Virus record (IMG/VR): IMGVR_UViG_3300010162_000011
DNA length: 64,000 nucleotides
Reading direction: 5' to 3' (one strand)
From: a virus
Each line of letters starts with the position of its first letter. Within the stretch, counting starts at the first letter, position 1. Positions 28,308 through 36,401 of this stretch are shown here, piece after piece. Position numbers and translations under genes: made by a program. The notes below the pieces were generated by a model. That model did not search any database, was not told the DNA's origin, and saw only the letters and a program-made list of their open reading frames with translations.

Positions 28308-28526
28308 GACCGTATCTTTTTTAATTATTATTATATTCTTAATATAATTCAAAGTATATTTTCTGAACCATATCATCCTATCTTTTTTGACTACTAACAT
28401 CTTTAATATAATTCTAAAATTATATTCTGATCCAAGCGAAGCGAAGCAGGTCATAATAAATGTTAAAATATCATAATACCATTTTAACATATTTTAACAT
28501 TTAAAAATAATACCATATCCGGATCA

Positions 28527-28556
28527 GATCAGAATATTATTTAAATATTATATTAC
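28527..28556 (+). promoter_or_regulatory. motif A promoter, plus orientation
   Basis: GATCAGAATATTATTTAAATATTATATTAC upstream of plus-strand ORF 28593. Confidence 0.75.
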
Positions 28557-28592
28557 AATTTTAATAATAATAATCGAAAAAATTTAAATATC

Positions 28593-29135
28593 ATGAAAAT
28601 TGGTAAATTTGTAGGTAAAAATTTTGTCAAATTTGACTTTGACGCAGCGAGAATCGAAAAAATTGGTTTTATAAAAACTGAATTCGATAGCGAAACAAAT
28701 AGCATATATTTTAATATGTTAGTCCCTGAAAATACTTTTGAGGGTACACACAACGGATGGTATACGAACCATAAGGATGCGCACTTTAGAGCATCCGCAA
28801 AAAAAGTAACCATAAGGATAGGTTTACAAGAAGGTATTATTGAAAATAATACAGAACAAGAAACAATTACGCAATATAACGCAAACGTTATAATACGCGG
28901 CGGAATAGGTTATTACAGACGTGGCAAAGGTAAAATATTAGCACGTGGACAACGAAAACCACTGAGCGAAACAGACCACGAAATATATAATTATTACGAT
29001 TATGATACTGATATTAAAATATTAGTAGAGAGATTATTAGATTATTTGTATTACGAATTTTGGTCAAAAGATATTGAGCCATCTATTAAAACTCAAACCG
29101 AACTAAATAGAATGAAATATTTGATGACAGCATAG
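28593..29135 (+). CDS. hypothetical protein (only credible plus-strand gene of the early block)
   Basis: 180-aa ORF behind plus-strand motif A. Confidence 0.8.
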   Translation: MKIGKFVGKNFVKFDFDAARIEKIGFIKTEFDSETNSIYFNMLVPENTFEGTHNGWYTNHKDAHFRASAKKVTIRIGLQEGIIENNTEQETITQYNANVIIRGGIGYYRRGKGKILARGQRKPLSETDHEIYNYYDYDTDIKILVERLLDYLYYEFWSKDIEPSIKTQTELNRMKYLMTA

Positions 29136-29159
29136 GAAAATAATATTTTAACATTTATT

Positions 29160-29260
29160 TAGGGTAGGGTGTCCATCACCCTACCCTATACGGACCCCCC
29201 CTAGAGGGGTGGGTGGAGGGTAGGGGTCTACATGGGCAAACGCATCATCGCGCATCGCTG
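29160..29260. other. GC-rich hairpin / G-run island at zone boundary
   Basis: Perfect 12-bp stem TAGGGTAGGGTG/CACCCTACCCTA, then C7 and GGGGTGGGTGGAGGGTAGGGG. Confidence 0.7.
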
Positions 29261-29356
29261 TTAAAAAAAAATTCCAGAAAAAAATTTTAACTAATATCCA
29301 AAATACCATTCCCCTATTATTCAAATGGTATTTAACTGATATTTAATAACTTATAC

Positions 29357-30007
29357 TTATTTTTTTTTATATTTATTTCTTTCTTTACCTCTACATGTTC
29401 GACAAACATTTCTATTTTCGCTAAATTCTTCAAATAATTTATATTCCATACATCTATGACAAAGTTTCATATCGTTGATAATACTTTTCTTAAATACTTT
29501 TCTTAAGTATTCAACATTTTCATTTATTCCATTATATTTATTTAGAATTCTTTTTTTTCTTTTTAATTCATTTCCTTGTCTATTACAACATGTTCGACAA
29601 ACATTACTATAATTATAGCGGAAATATTCGATTGTTTTATATTCTGAACATTTATTACAAAGTTTCAAACCATTTTCACTAACCGGAATATATTTTTTTG
29701 TTATAGGATTATTTTTATTTTCCTTTGCAGTTGCCCATCTTAGGTTTTCGATACGATTATCATGTTTTACGCCGTTTATGTGGTCGATTTGTGGTTTATT
29801 TTGTGGGTTTGGTATAAATGCTTCTGCAACCAGTCGGTGTGCCTTTACTGTTTTTTTTAAAAAAACTAATAGATATCCCGCACTATTACTTTGTTTTAAT
29901 ATTTTATTTGTTATTAATGATTTTATTCTCCCCATATTAGACACCTGATATTTTCCATCATATCCCATAACATCTTTCCACACTTCGTTTTGTAAATCTT
30001 CTATCAT
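29357..30007 (-). CDS. NUMOD4-HNH homing endonuclease
   Basis: [46 protein letters not shown]. Confidence 0.92.
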   Translation of the reverse strand: MIEDLQNEVWKDVMGYDGKYQVSNMGRIKSLITNKILKQSNSAGYLLVFLKKTVKAHRLVAEAFIPNPQNKPQIDHINGVKHDNRIENLRWATAKENKNNPITKKYIPVSENGLKLCNKCSEYKTIEYFRYNYSNVCRTCCNRQGNELKRKKRILNKYNGINENVEYLRKVFKKSIINDMKLCHRCMEYKLFEEFSENRNVCRTCRGKERNKYKKK

Positions 30008-30022
30008 ATCATTTATTTTTTT

Positions 30023-30265
30023 TTATGTTCTAACATATTTCAGTTTTATATATTCTTCAAAACCTAAAATACCTTCTCGTAGGGATTTCAGTTTTTCTAA
30101 CATTTCTTCTACTTGTTTTGGTTTTGTCAAATCATTCCACAACAAGATTGCGTGTTGGCAATCACTAATACGTAATTTAGCAATAGAAGCGTTATCAATA
30201 AACGCATGATATGCTGCCATTGAATGTCTACTGTCAGGTGCGAGAAAATTTTTTTTGTTATACAT
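30023..30265 (-). CDS. hypothetical protein
   Basis: ORF track. Confidence 0.7.
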   Translation of the reverse strand: MYNKKNFLAPDSRHSMAAYHAFIDNASIAKLRISDCQHAILLWNDLTKPKQVEEMLEKLKSLREGILGFEEYIKLKYVRT

Positions 30266-30329
30266 TTTTTTCTATTATTTGGGTAATAATACTGATTTTT
30301 TGATAATATTTCAAAATGGTTTTATTAGT

Positions 30330-30359
30330 GATCAGAAAATATTATTATGATTTTATTAG
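30330..30359 (+). promoter_or_regulatory. motif A promoter, plus orientation
   Basis: GATCAGAAAATATTATTATGATTTTATTAG upstream of ORF 30390. Confidence 0.65.
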
Positions 30360-30389
30360 GTATAAATTTTCAAATATAATTAAAATGAT

Positions 30390-30680
30390 ATGAAGACGAT
30401 TTATGTAAGTGTATGTACGGAGTTGGAATTTGGTTGGGGTAGTAAGATTGATTGTTATTACCTTTGTGAGGATTTTGACATTCTGTGTGAGTTTATTGAG
30501 GTTCATGGGAATGAGGTTGGTGAGTATCATTCTTGGAGTTGTAGTGATCCGAAAGAATACTTCATTGATGGGCGTGATAGCATTTCGTCCCTTACTTGTA
30601 CGTTGGTTGATTCGAAGGTTTATTCTGTAAATAGTTTATCGAATTTACCGTTTAAGGTTTATGTTGAATATGGGGCATAG
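30390..30680 (+). CDS. hypothetical protein
   Basis: Behind plus-strand motif A. Confidence 0.75.
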   Translation: MKTIYVSVCTELEFGWGSKIDCYYLCEDFDILCEFIEVHGNEVGEYHSWSCSDPKEYFIDGRDSISSLTCTLVDSKVYSVNSLSNLPFKVYVEYGA

Positions 30681-30773
30681 ATCAGGACTGTGTTGACTCA
30701 GTATATTTTTATACAGGGTGATGATGGTGAGATAGCGACGTTGGTAATTTAATAATGGTAATTTTGTTTAATT

Positions 30774-31463
30774 ATGCGTGGAGTAGTTGTAGAATATAAA
30801 CCTGACAGGGGTTTTGGTTTCATTAAGAATATTAATGAAGAGGAGTATTTTTTTCACATTAAGAGTGTGATTCATGGTAATAGGTTTCTTAGGGATCTTG
30901 ATGATTATTTCTATGTTGGAGATGATAGGAAATGTTACTTGGTAGATTTTGTACCGTATCATACTGATAGGGGATTAAGTGCTGGTAGTGTTTCTTTGAC
31001 GAGAGAGGTTTTTAATGATCCCTCGAATGGATTTGAATTTTTTGCTAATGTTGTTGATATTACTTATAATGTTAACTCCTTAACGAGGATTGTTACCGGT
31101 ATCAAAAAAGGTGGTAGTGTTCCTCTTGGTGTAACTTGTGGTGGTAACGGCACATATAGACTTGGTTATCCTGAGGTTGATAGACATTTAGTCTTACGTT
31201 TTCGTAGGAATGATGTTGTTGGTTGGGGTAACATTGAGGTTAGGGATTTTGCATTAGAATTAAATGACAGGAGTAAAATAACTAATAGGTTTGTTGATGA
31301 TTTACGCAATAATCTTATTGGTAAAGAAATTGTTGTTCGACCTAATAGTGTTGAATGGAAGACAAAGGTTAGTACATATGCTGGTATTGGTAGTGTTACT
31401 AATAAAATTCCTAATGAATTTAAGTGGGAATTAAAAGATAATTCGATTTTAGAAATATATTAG
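30774..31463 (+). CDS. cold-shock-domain protein with unknown C-terminal domain
   Basis: G.V..Y..DRGFGFI...EYFFHI (RNP1/RNP2). Confidence 0.8.
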   Translation: MRGVVVEYKPDRGFGFIKNINEEEYFFHIKSVIHGNRFLRDLDDYFYVGDDRKCYLVDFVPYHTDRGLSAGSVSLTREVFNDPSNGFEFFANVVDITYNVNSLTRIVTGIKKGGSVPLGVTCGGNGTYRLGYPEVDRHLVLRFRRNDVVGWGNIEVRDFALELNDRSKITNRFVDDLRNNLIGKEIVVRPNSVEWKTKVSTYAGIGSVTNKIPNEFKWELKDNSILEIY

Positions 31464-31465
31464 AA

Positions 31466-31684
31466 ATGAGAATACCTGGTTTAAGTTTTTCGTTAAAGCG
31501 AGCGATTGGTATTTCTGCTATTAAGCAGAAGATTGCTAATAAGATTGATATTCCTACCACAAAACGTGGTAGGACACAGAAGATGGGTGTTGCCACGTCA
31601 AATTTGATTTCTGGACGTGGTGGAAGGGTAAAAGCGGCAACAACTATTGTAAAACTTACATTAGTTGATTCGTTATTGGGGTAA
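31466..31684 (+). CDS. conserved small basic protein
   Basis: IPGLSFS.KRA.GIS..KQKIA...IPTTK motif. Confidence 0.7.
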   Translation: MRIPGLSFSLKRAIGISAIKQKIANKIDIPTTKRGRTQKMGVATSNLISGRGGRVKAATTIVKLTLVDSLLG

Positions 31685-31711
31685 TTTATATCATAAGTAA
31701 GTTTTTTTCTT

Positions 31712-31720
31712 CTATTTATA
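31712..31720 (+). promoter_or_regulatory. late-promoter-like motif CTATTTATA (representative copy)
   Basis: Similar TATTTAT core at 35253,43825,47203,58072,60949 (+) and 45698 (-), each upstream of a gene start. Confidence 0.55.
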
Positions 31721-31738
31721 AAAAAAGAGAACAAAATT

Positions 31739-32245
31739 ATGGCAACAGGTGTTAATGGTATAGCAACAAATAATGAAATCAGAACTGGTATTAATTCAAC
31801 TTGGCCGGTATTTACTGATCAGTGTGTGACATTTGGGACTATAGGTTTGTATTCTCATTTAGGTTTTAGTGTTACATCTACAAATATATATCAAATGTCT
31901 CAGGGTGTTAGATATTCTGATATTAGATATGCTCCACCGGAAATTGGTAGATATATAACATTTTATTTAGCGGCAGGTCAGACTAATACTATGAGAGATG
32001 TTTGGTTGACAGTTGTTGGTTCAAATAATGGTATTGGAATATATATGAGGATAAGTGGTATTACTGGTTCACAACATTATATAACATTTAACACGTTACC
32101 TTCTTCATTACAGATAACAAATATTAGTGTAGATGGTCTTGTTGGATCTCATACCGATAGTTTTGGCACACATATAACAAGTCAGATGTGGGTGTTAGAG
32201 TCTTCCGCAAATAACAATTGTTATATTTCAGACGTTCTTGTGTAG
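31739..32245 (+). CDS. putative virion accessory protein
   Basis: Ser/Thr/Gly-rich; preceded by CTATTTATA. Confidence 0.65.
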   Translation: MATGVNGIATNNEIRTGINSTWPVFTDQCVTFGTIGLYSHLGFSVTSTNIYQMSQGVRYSDIRYAPPEIGRYITFYLAAGQTNTMRDVWLTVVGSNNGIGIYMRISGITGSQHYITFNTLPSSLQITNISVDGLVGSHTDSFGTHITSQMWVLESSANNNCYISDVLV

Positions 32246-32526
32246 AATTGATTTAATTTGTTTCCCATCCATTGACATAATTTGATAAGGTGATCTATTG
32301 TTAGGTCACTTTTTTCTGTTTGTAATCTACACGGTGTTTCACAATATTGTCCGAGACAACCAATAAGTTGTTTTCTAGGGTATAGGTTTTGATCTTCGAT
32401 TTCTTCTCCTCTTTCAATTCTTTCTAGTTCTTCTGAACATGATGCGCTACAAGTTTTTCGACAATTGTTACAGACGAAATGTCCTCGAAGAATCCATTTT
32501 ATTTCTCTATGTTTTATGTTTTCCAT
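32221..32526 (-). CDS. Cys-rich hypothetical protein
   Basis: CNNC...C..SC and C...C...C. Confidence 0.7.
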   Translation of the reverse strand: MENIKHREIKWILRGHFVCNNCRKTCSASCSEELERIERGEEIEDQNLYPRKQLIGCLGQYCETPCRLQTEKSDLTIDHLIKLCQWMGNKLNQFYTRTSEI

Positions 32527-32527
32527 T

Positions 32528-33469
32528 TTATTTTTTTCTTCTTATTTTTCCACTTCCTGTTACTTTTTCTTTTACATTTGGATTTCCTTTGTATATAATA
32601 TATCCTGAACCGGATACTTTTGCGTTTAGGTTTTCTGATACTGATATATCTATTTCACCTGATCCGCTGATTTTAGTTATTGCATTTTTTGTGTATAATT
32701 TTGAAGCACATAGGTCTCCTGATCCTGATATTTTCATTTCAGCATTTTGGCAATTTCCTGCAATATTTACGTTTCCGCCTCCGGATATTATTATAGATAA
32801 CATTTCACATTCTATATGGTGTATTTTAGCGTCAGCACTTCCGGATATTTTTAGGTTGAAATTCGATAACATTATTCTATCATAGCATTCGAAATTACCT
32901 GATCCTTTCATATCTACTTCTGTTAGATAAGGTGAGTATACATCGACTACGAATTTTTTTATGTTATAATATGTTCCTGCTTTCAGGTCAATGGTTAATG
33001 TACCATTATCTACGGTAAAATAAACACGGTCTGTTAGGTCTGAATCTATTGTTATATCAATATAATGTTGGTGTTTATCTGTTGGGTGATATATTATGTT
33101 AGCACATGTTTTTACGATTAGTTTATTAAAAATATCCACAGGTCTTCTAAAAGTTGAAATTTCATTTAGAATAGGTGTATTGTGATCCATCACATATATT
33201 TTCCGAATTTGTTTTTCTGTTAAATGATTATTAGAAGGTGAAATTGCTTCAATTGGTTCAATCTTTGTACGTTCCTTTTTTTCTCTGTATTGTTTTTCAA
33301 AGGACATATGTGTCACCTTTATATCTTCTTCTACCTTTTTGGTTAACGGTTTTACGACCTGTTCTTTCACAGGTTTCTGTTTCTTTGGTTGTTCTTTTTT
33401 TTTGGAAAACATTCCTGTTAAGAATTTTGGAATTTTTACTTTTAGAACAACATCATCTTTATTTTCCAT
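32528..33469 (-). CDS. DUF2807 / GIN (autotransporter adhesin head-like) domain protein
   Basis: Repeated ISGSG beta-helix units ending SGSGYIIYKGNP. Confidence 0.85.
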   Translation of the reverse strand: MENKDDVVLKVKIPKFLTGMFSKKKEQPKKQKPVKEQVVKPLTKKVEEDIKVTHMSFEKQYREKKERTKIEPIEAISPSNNHLTEKQIRKIYVMDHNTPILNEISTFRRPVDIFNKLIVKTCANIIYHPTDKHQHYIDITIDSDLTDRVYFTVDNGTLTIDLKAGTYYNIKKFVVDVYSPYLTEVDMKGSGNFECYDRIMLSNFNLKISGSADAKIHHIECEMLSIIISGGGNVNIAGNCQNAEMKISGSGDLCASKLYTKNAITKISGSGEIDISVSENLNAKVSGSGYIIYKGNPNVKEKVTGSGKIRRKK

Positions 33470-33482
33470 ATTATTTAAATTT

Positions 33483-33836
33483 TTAGGTGTTTTTGGTAAA
33501 ATAGAATTTTGGGAAGAAATCTTCGTGGTTGATATAATACAGGTTAAGAATTGCTGTTTCCTTATCTGGGAATATTTTTAGAATGTTATTTTTGTTAATC
33601 TTATATACATCATATATAGAATTAGATTCTTGTAGTTTTTTGATACGGTTTCGGAATCTTCTTATTTTTTCCATATCACATTCACAATGATCGACACTTG
33701 AACAACAGATTTTTTTTAGGAGTGCGTGTTCAAGGATTTTTGTACACAAAATAGCGTTAGCATCGTTATTCTCTATTTGTGTTTCGTATAAACCGTGTTC
33801 GGTTGCTATTATCATTTTATTCATCAACATCTTCAA
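33483..33836 (-). CDS. hypothetical protein
   Basis: ORF track. Confidence 0.65.
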   Translation of the reverse strand: MKMLMNKMIIATEHGLYETQIENNDANAILCTKILEHALLKKICCSSVDHCECDMEKIRRFRNRIKKLQESNSIYDVYKINKNNILKIFPDKETAILNLYYINHEDFFPKFYFTKNT

Positions 33837-34269
33837 TTAAATGGTTTGTTGTTGGGTATCTTCCGGCATTTGTTGTTCTGAAAATTTTTACCCACTCATC
33901 CTGATTTTGTCTCCAATAATTGGCGATTTCGTCTTCTTGTTGGATTTCTTCCACTGATTTTTTGATTTCTTCTCGTTCTTGTCGTGAACGGTTTCTTCTT
34001 TCTTGCGCTTCTTCTTGCTGTCGTTTTTGCGCTATTTCAAGTCTTTCTTGGAATCTGGATTTTACTTTTTCAGGTATTTTTTTGATATTACGATTATGTA
34101 CATGTATTACTGTGATTGTTATTAGCATTGATGCTAACACGGTTATCCACGCGGGTGATAAAACCCATATCCAACTCCAGTTTGCTACTTTACCAAATTC
34201 TCCTAACTTAAGAGTTACGAATATTATGGTTAATACGATTGCAATAAAATTTAAATTTTTTCTAAACAT
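33817..34269 (-). CDS. membrane protein (LKL...WSW.WVLSP.WI phage family)
   Basis: LTIIFVTLKLG..VANWSWIWVLSPAWI plus coiled coil; start moved to MFRKN. Confidence 0.75.
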   Translation of the reverse strand: MFRKNLNFIAIVLTIIFVTLKLGEFGKVANWSWIWVLSPAWITVLASMLITITVIHVHNRNIKKIPEKVKSRFQERLEIAQKRQQEEAQERRNRSRQEREEIKKSVEEIQQEDEIANYWRQNQDEWVKIFRTTNAGRYPTTNHLIEDVDE

Positions 34270-34280
34270 GATAATTTTTT

Positions 34281-34511
34281 TTAAAACATTAGACAAATGA
34301 TTAATAATGCGAAATACCATAAAGATTGGTTTATACTATTAGGTAATAGTACCTTATATGTGTATGCAGTTTCTTCTGAGAAGAAATCATAACAAATTTT
34401 TTCCGAATTCCATCCTCTAAAATGGAAACTAATCCAAAATATCCACCCAATAAATGGGATCCAAATCAATTGCTTTTTGTGAAACATGTTATTGATATTT
34501 AATGGTGACAC
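34281..34511 (-). CDS. small membrane protein
   Basis: Hydrophobic segments; start uncertain. Confidence 0.55.
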   Translation of the reverse strand: MSPLNINNMFHKKQLIWIPFIGWIFWISFHFRGWNSEKICYDFFSEETAYTYKVLLPNSINQSLWYFALLIICLMF

Positions 34512-34752
34512 TTCTTATGAATAACATCCAGAACACAAACCCTATTATTCCACACATTATTGAAACTTCATAAATATTTACTGACATTGTTAAGAATGTC
34601 ATCAGTGTTAGGATAATTGCTGGGGTTAAAAAATCCGCTGAAGGGGTTTCTTGCTGTATCATGTCCATGCTGTTACCCAGCACACGCCGGGGATTAGACC
34701 TAATATGTGTATCACTTCCTCTTTGTACGCCACTGCGAGTTGCCAGTCGCAA
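34489..34752 (-). CDS. small membrane protein
   Basis: Two hydrophobic segments; true start probably downstream. Confidence 0.5.
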   Translation of the reverse strand: MRLATRSGVQRGSDTHIRSNPRRVLGNSMDMIQQETPSADFLTPAIILTLMTFLTMSVNIYEVSIMCGIIGFVFWMLFIRSVTIKYQ

Positions 34753-34865
34753 CGAGTGATTTTTATTACGTTAATTATCCATGTAACGAGTGTATATAAT
34801 ACAGCCGCTATTTGAAAAATACTCATTTTTTCGAGTACTTTTTTATGTAACATTCCTAATATCAT
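34659..34865 (-). CDS. small membrane protein
   Basis: WI.NV.K...CD...YK.EVIH..G; degenerate motif A ~34905-34934 upstream. Confidence 0.7.
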   Translation of the reverse strand: MILGMLHKKVLEKMSIFQIAAVLYTLVTWIINVIKITRCDWQLAVAYKEEVIHILGLIPGVCWVTAWT

Positions 34866-34932
34866 TTTATTATATTATTTAAAGGTTATTAAATGATTTT
34901 TGTTGTAATAACATTTTTAAAAAATTTTCTGA

Positions 34933-35184
34933 TCAGTATTCTTGAACTGTGAATAGGATTTCTCTATGACCGCATTCGATGTCGAATTTATCATATATGA
35001 TTTCTTGTCCGTCTTTGTTTCGGATTACGATTTTTACGTCTTCATATGACGGGACGATTTTCCATTGATATACTTGTTCTTCTGGTAGGTGAACATTTTC
35101 ATCTTTGGATAATTTGTTTCTTCGTATGATTTGAATTTCTTCAATTTCATGTACAAGTTCTGGTATGTTCCAAGATTTTTCCAT
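34933..35184 (-). CDS. hypothetical protein
   Basis: ORF track. Confidence 0.7.
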   Translation of the reverse strand: MEKSWNIPELVHEIEEIQIIRRNKLSKDENVHLPEEQVYQWKIVPSYEDVKIVIRNKDGQEIIYDKFDIECGHREILFTVQEY

Positions 35185-35279
35185 TTTATAAAAAAAATTT
35201 TAAGTTTATAATGATTGAAAAATACTTATAAAATCTGATATGTTGAAACGATCTATTTATATAAAAATAGGTAAGACGT

Positions 35280-35666
35280 ATGAGAACAGATGATAAAAAG
35301 CATTTCGTGATAGAGTATTATCCGGATTATACATTGGTGAAGGTTACAGAGGATAAGTTGGATTCTGTTATTGCGCCTTTATTAAAGATTAAGTTTCAAG
35401 AGTTGGTTAGTATAAATGCTAAGAATATTATATTGGATATTAGTAGGTGTCAGTATTGTGATTCCTCTGGTTTGACTGTGTTCTTAGTTGGTAACAGAAC
35501 ATGTAAACTTAAAGGTGGGGTATTTCTTTTGGTTAATGTCAGTGATGCCATTGACAGGTTATTAAAGATTTCTCAATTAATAACATTAGTAAAAGTATGT
35601 AAGAATGTTGAGGAGGCGGTTGGAATAATAGATCCTTCGTTGAAGATTCATGAAACATATTATTGA
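35280..35666 (+). CDS. STAS-domain anti-sigma-factor antagonist
   Basis: IILDIS.C.YCDSSGL...V..AI.RLLKISQL. Confidence 0.88.
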   Translation: MRTDDKKHFVIEYYPDYTLVKVTEDKLDSVIAPLLKIKFQELVSINAKNIILDISRCQYCDSSGLTVFLVGNRTCKLKGGVFLLVNVSDAIDRLLKISQLITLVKVCKNVEEAVGIIDPSLKIHETYY

Positions 35667-35699
35667 AAAAAAAATAACATTTTATAAAACTACAAAATT

Positions 35700-36029
35700 A
35701 TGCCGGAATCGTATTTGTCCATGAAGAAGAATATCATGGCGATAGAAAATGGAAAAAAACGTATTGAGTTTTCAAAGATTATAGTTGTCTTTGTTTTGAT
35801 ATGGTGTATGACGCTTGTAACATTTTCTTTTATTTTAGCATCAATGGATAAGAATGTTAATGAGGGTGTAACAATTGCCATAATAACGAGTTTAATAACA
35901 ACTTTACTTGGTTACTTTATTTATCAAGCAAAATTGAAGATAAGTAGAGATAAGTATAAAGTTGATAAAGATGGTGTTCCATTTGAATTGGAAGAAGAGG
36001 AGGATGAAGAAACAAAACCTTTGGAATAA
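35700..36029 (+). CDS. 2-TM membrane protein, holin-like
   Basis: Two TM helices and charged tail; upstream of transglycosylase. Confidence 0.55.
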   Translation: MPESYLSMKKNIMAIENGKKRIEFSKIIVVFVLIWCMTLVTFSFILASMDKNVNEGVTIAIITSLITTLLGYFIYQAKLKISRDKYKVDKDGVPFELEEEEDEETKPLE

Positions 36030-36401
36030 CATTTTTTTTGATAAAATAACAAGTTTGTAGATTATTTTGTGGACTTGCTTTTTTTTTGTATTATTGTGTT
36101 ATGGAAAACATAAGAGTTAATAAACATTTAATAAATTTTATTCCCAATACCATTCAGAATGATATTACTGGTGGTATTTGTGGGGTTATATTTAGTTCGC
36201 TGACAATATCTGATAAAATTGGTGCCCGGACTAACTATCATTTTACAAACAATGGAGGATATATATCATAGTAGAATATTAGGCTGTATAGCAGTAATAC
36301 TTTTTAAACAAACAACAAAACATGCCTTCCGGATGAAAGTTCGGTAGGTTTTTTATTGGTATGAACTTTATAATTAATAATAAATTTAAATTTTTTTAGT
36401 A

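Larger units (their letters stand above)
515..28432 (-). repeat. Dispersed ~30-bp early-promoter/cassette motif (motif A), ~49 copies in this interval
   Basis: Plus-strand form ttaatataatttgaataatattttctga(t/a)c at ~515,1932,3049,3624,4791,5623,6462,7000,7468,8333,8755,9614,10013,10355,11110,11749,12529,13054,13608,14331,15264,15858,16675,17402,17687,18108,18515,19032,19581,19662,20571,21106,21407,21557,22228,22439,22898,23555,23988,24364,24528,25369,25763,26172,26890,27333,28101,28339,28403. Nearly always just upstream of a minus-strand ORF. GWTCAG-16 nt-TATATT spacing is fixed. Confidence 0.92.
552..29156. repeat. TTTTAACAT direct/inverted repeat element (motif C)
   Basis: Full form AAATGTTAAAATAT-N16-18-ATATTTTAACATTT at ~19741,21610,22941,24579,26214,26931,28458. 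Half forms ((TT)TTAACATATTTTAACATTT or one arm) at ~552,13093,19248,19701,22478,24943,29143. Confidence 0.85.

Noticed and set aside
1640..28347. Plus-strand ORFs of the track inside the early block (e.g. 1640, 4563, 9219, 14955, 16734, 26440, 27906)
   Set aside because: Antisense shadows of better minus-strand genes, with F/I/S-rich composition and no motif A upstream.
515..28432. CRISPR array interpretation of motif A
   Set aside because: Copies are degenerate, mostly separated by whole genes of very variable length, and no cas gene is visible.
515..28432. Classical integron (attC) array
   Set aside because: Motif A is not a long imperfect palindrome with RYYYAAC/GTTRRRY ends, it has promoter-like geometry, and no integron integrase is seen in the window.
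29357..30007. Group I intron around the HNH endonuclease
   Set aside because: No interrupted host gene or recognisable intron core flanks it; treated as free-standing.
32439..32885. 148-aa plus-strand ORF
   Set aside because: Antisense shadow of the repetitive DUF2807 gene.
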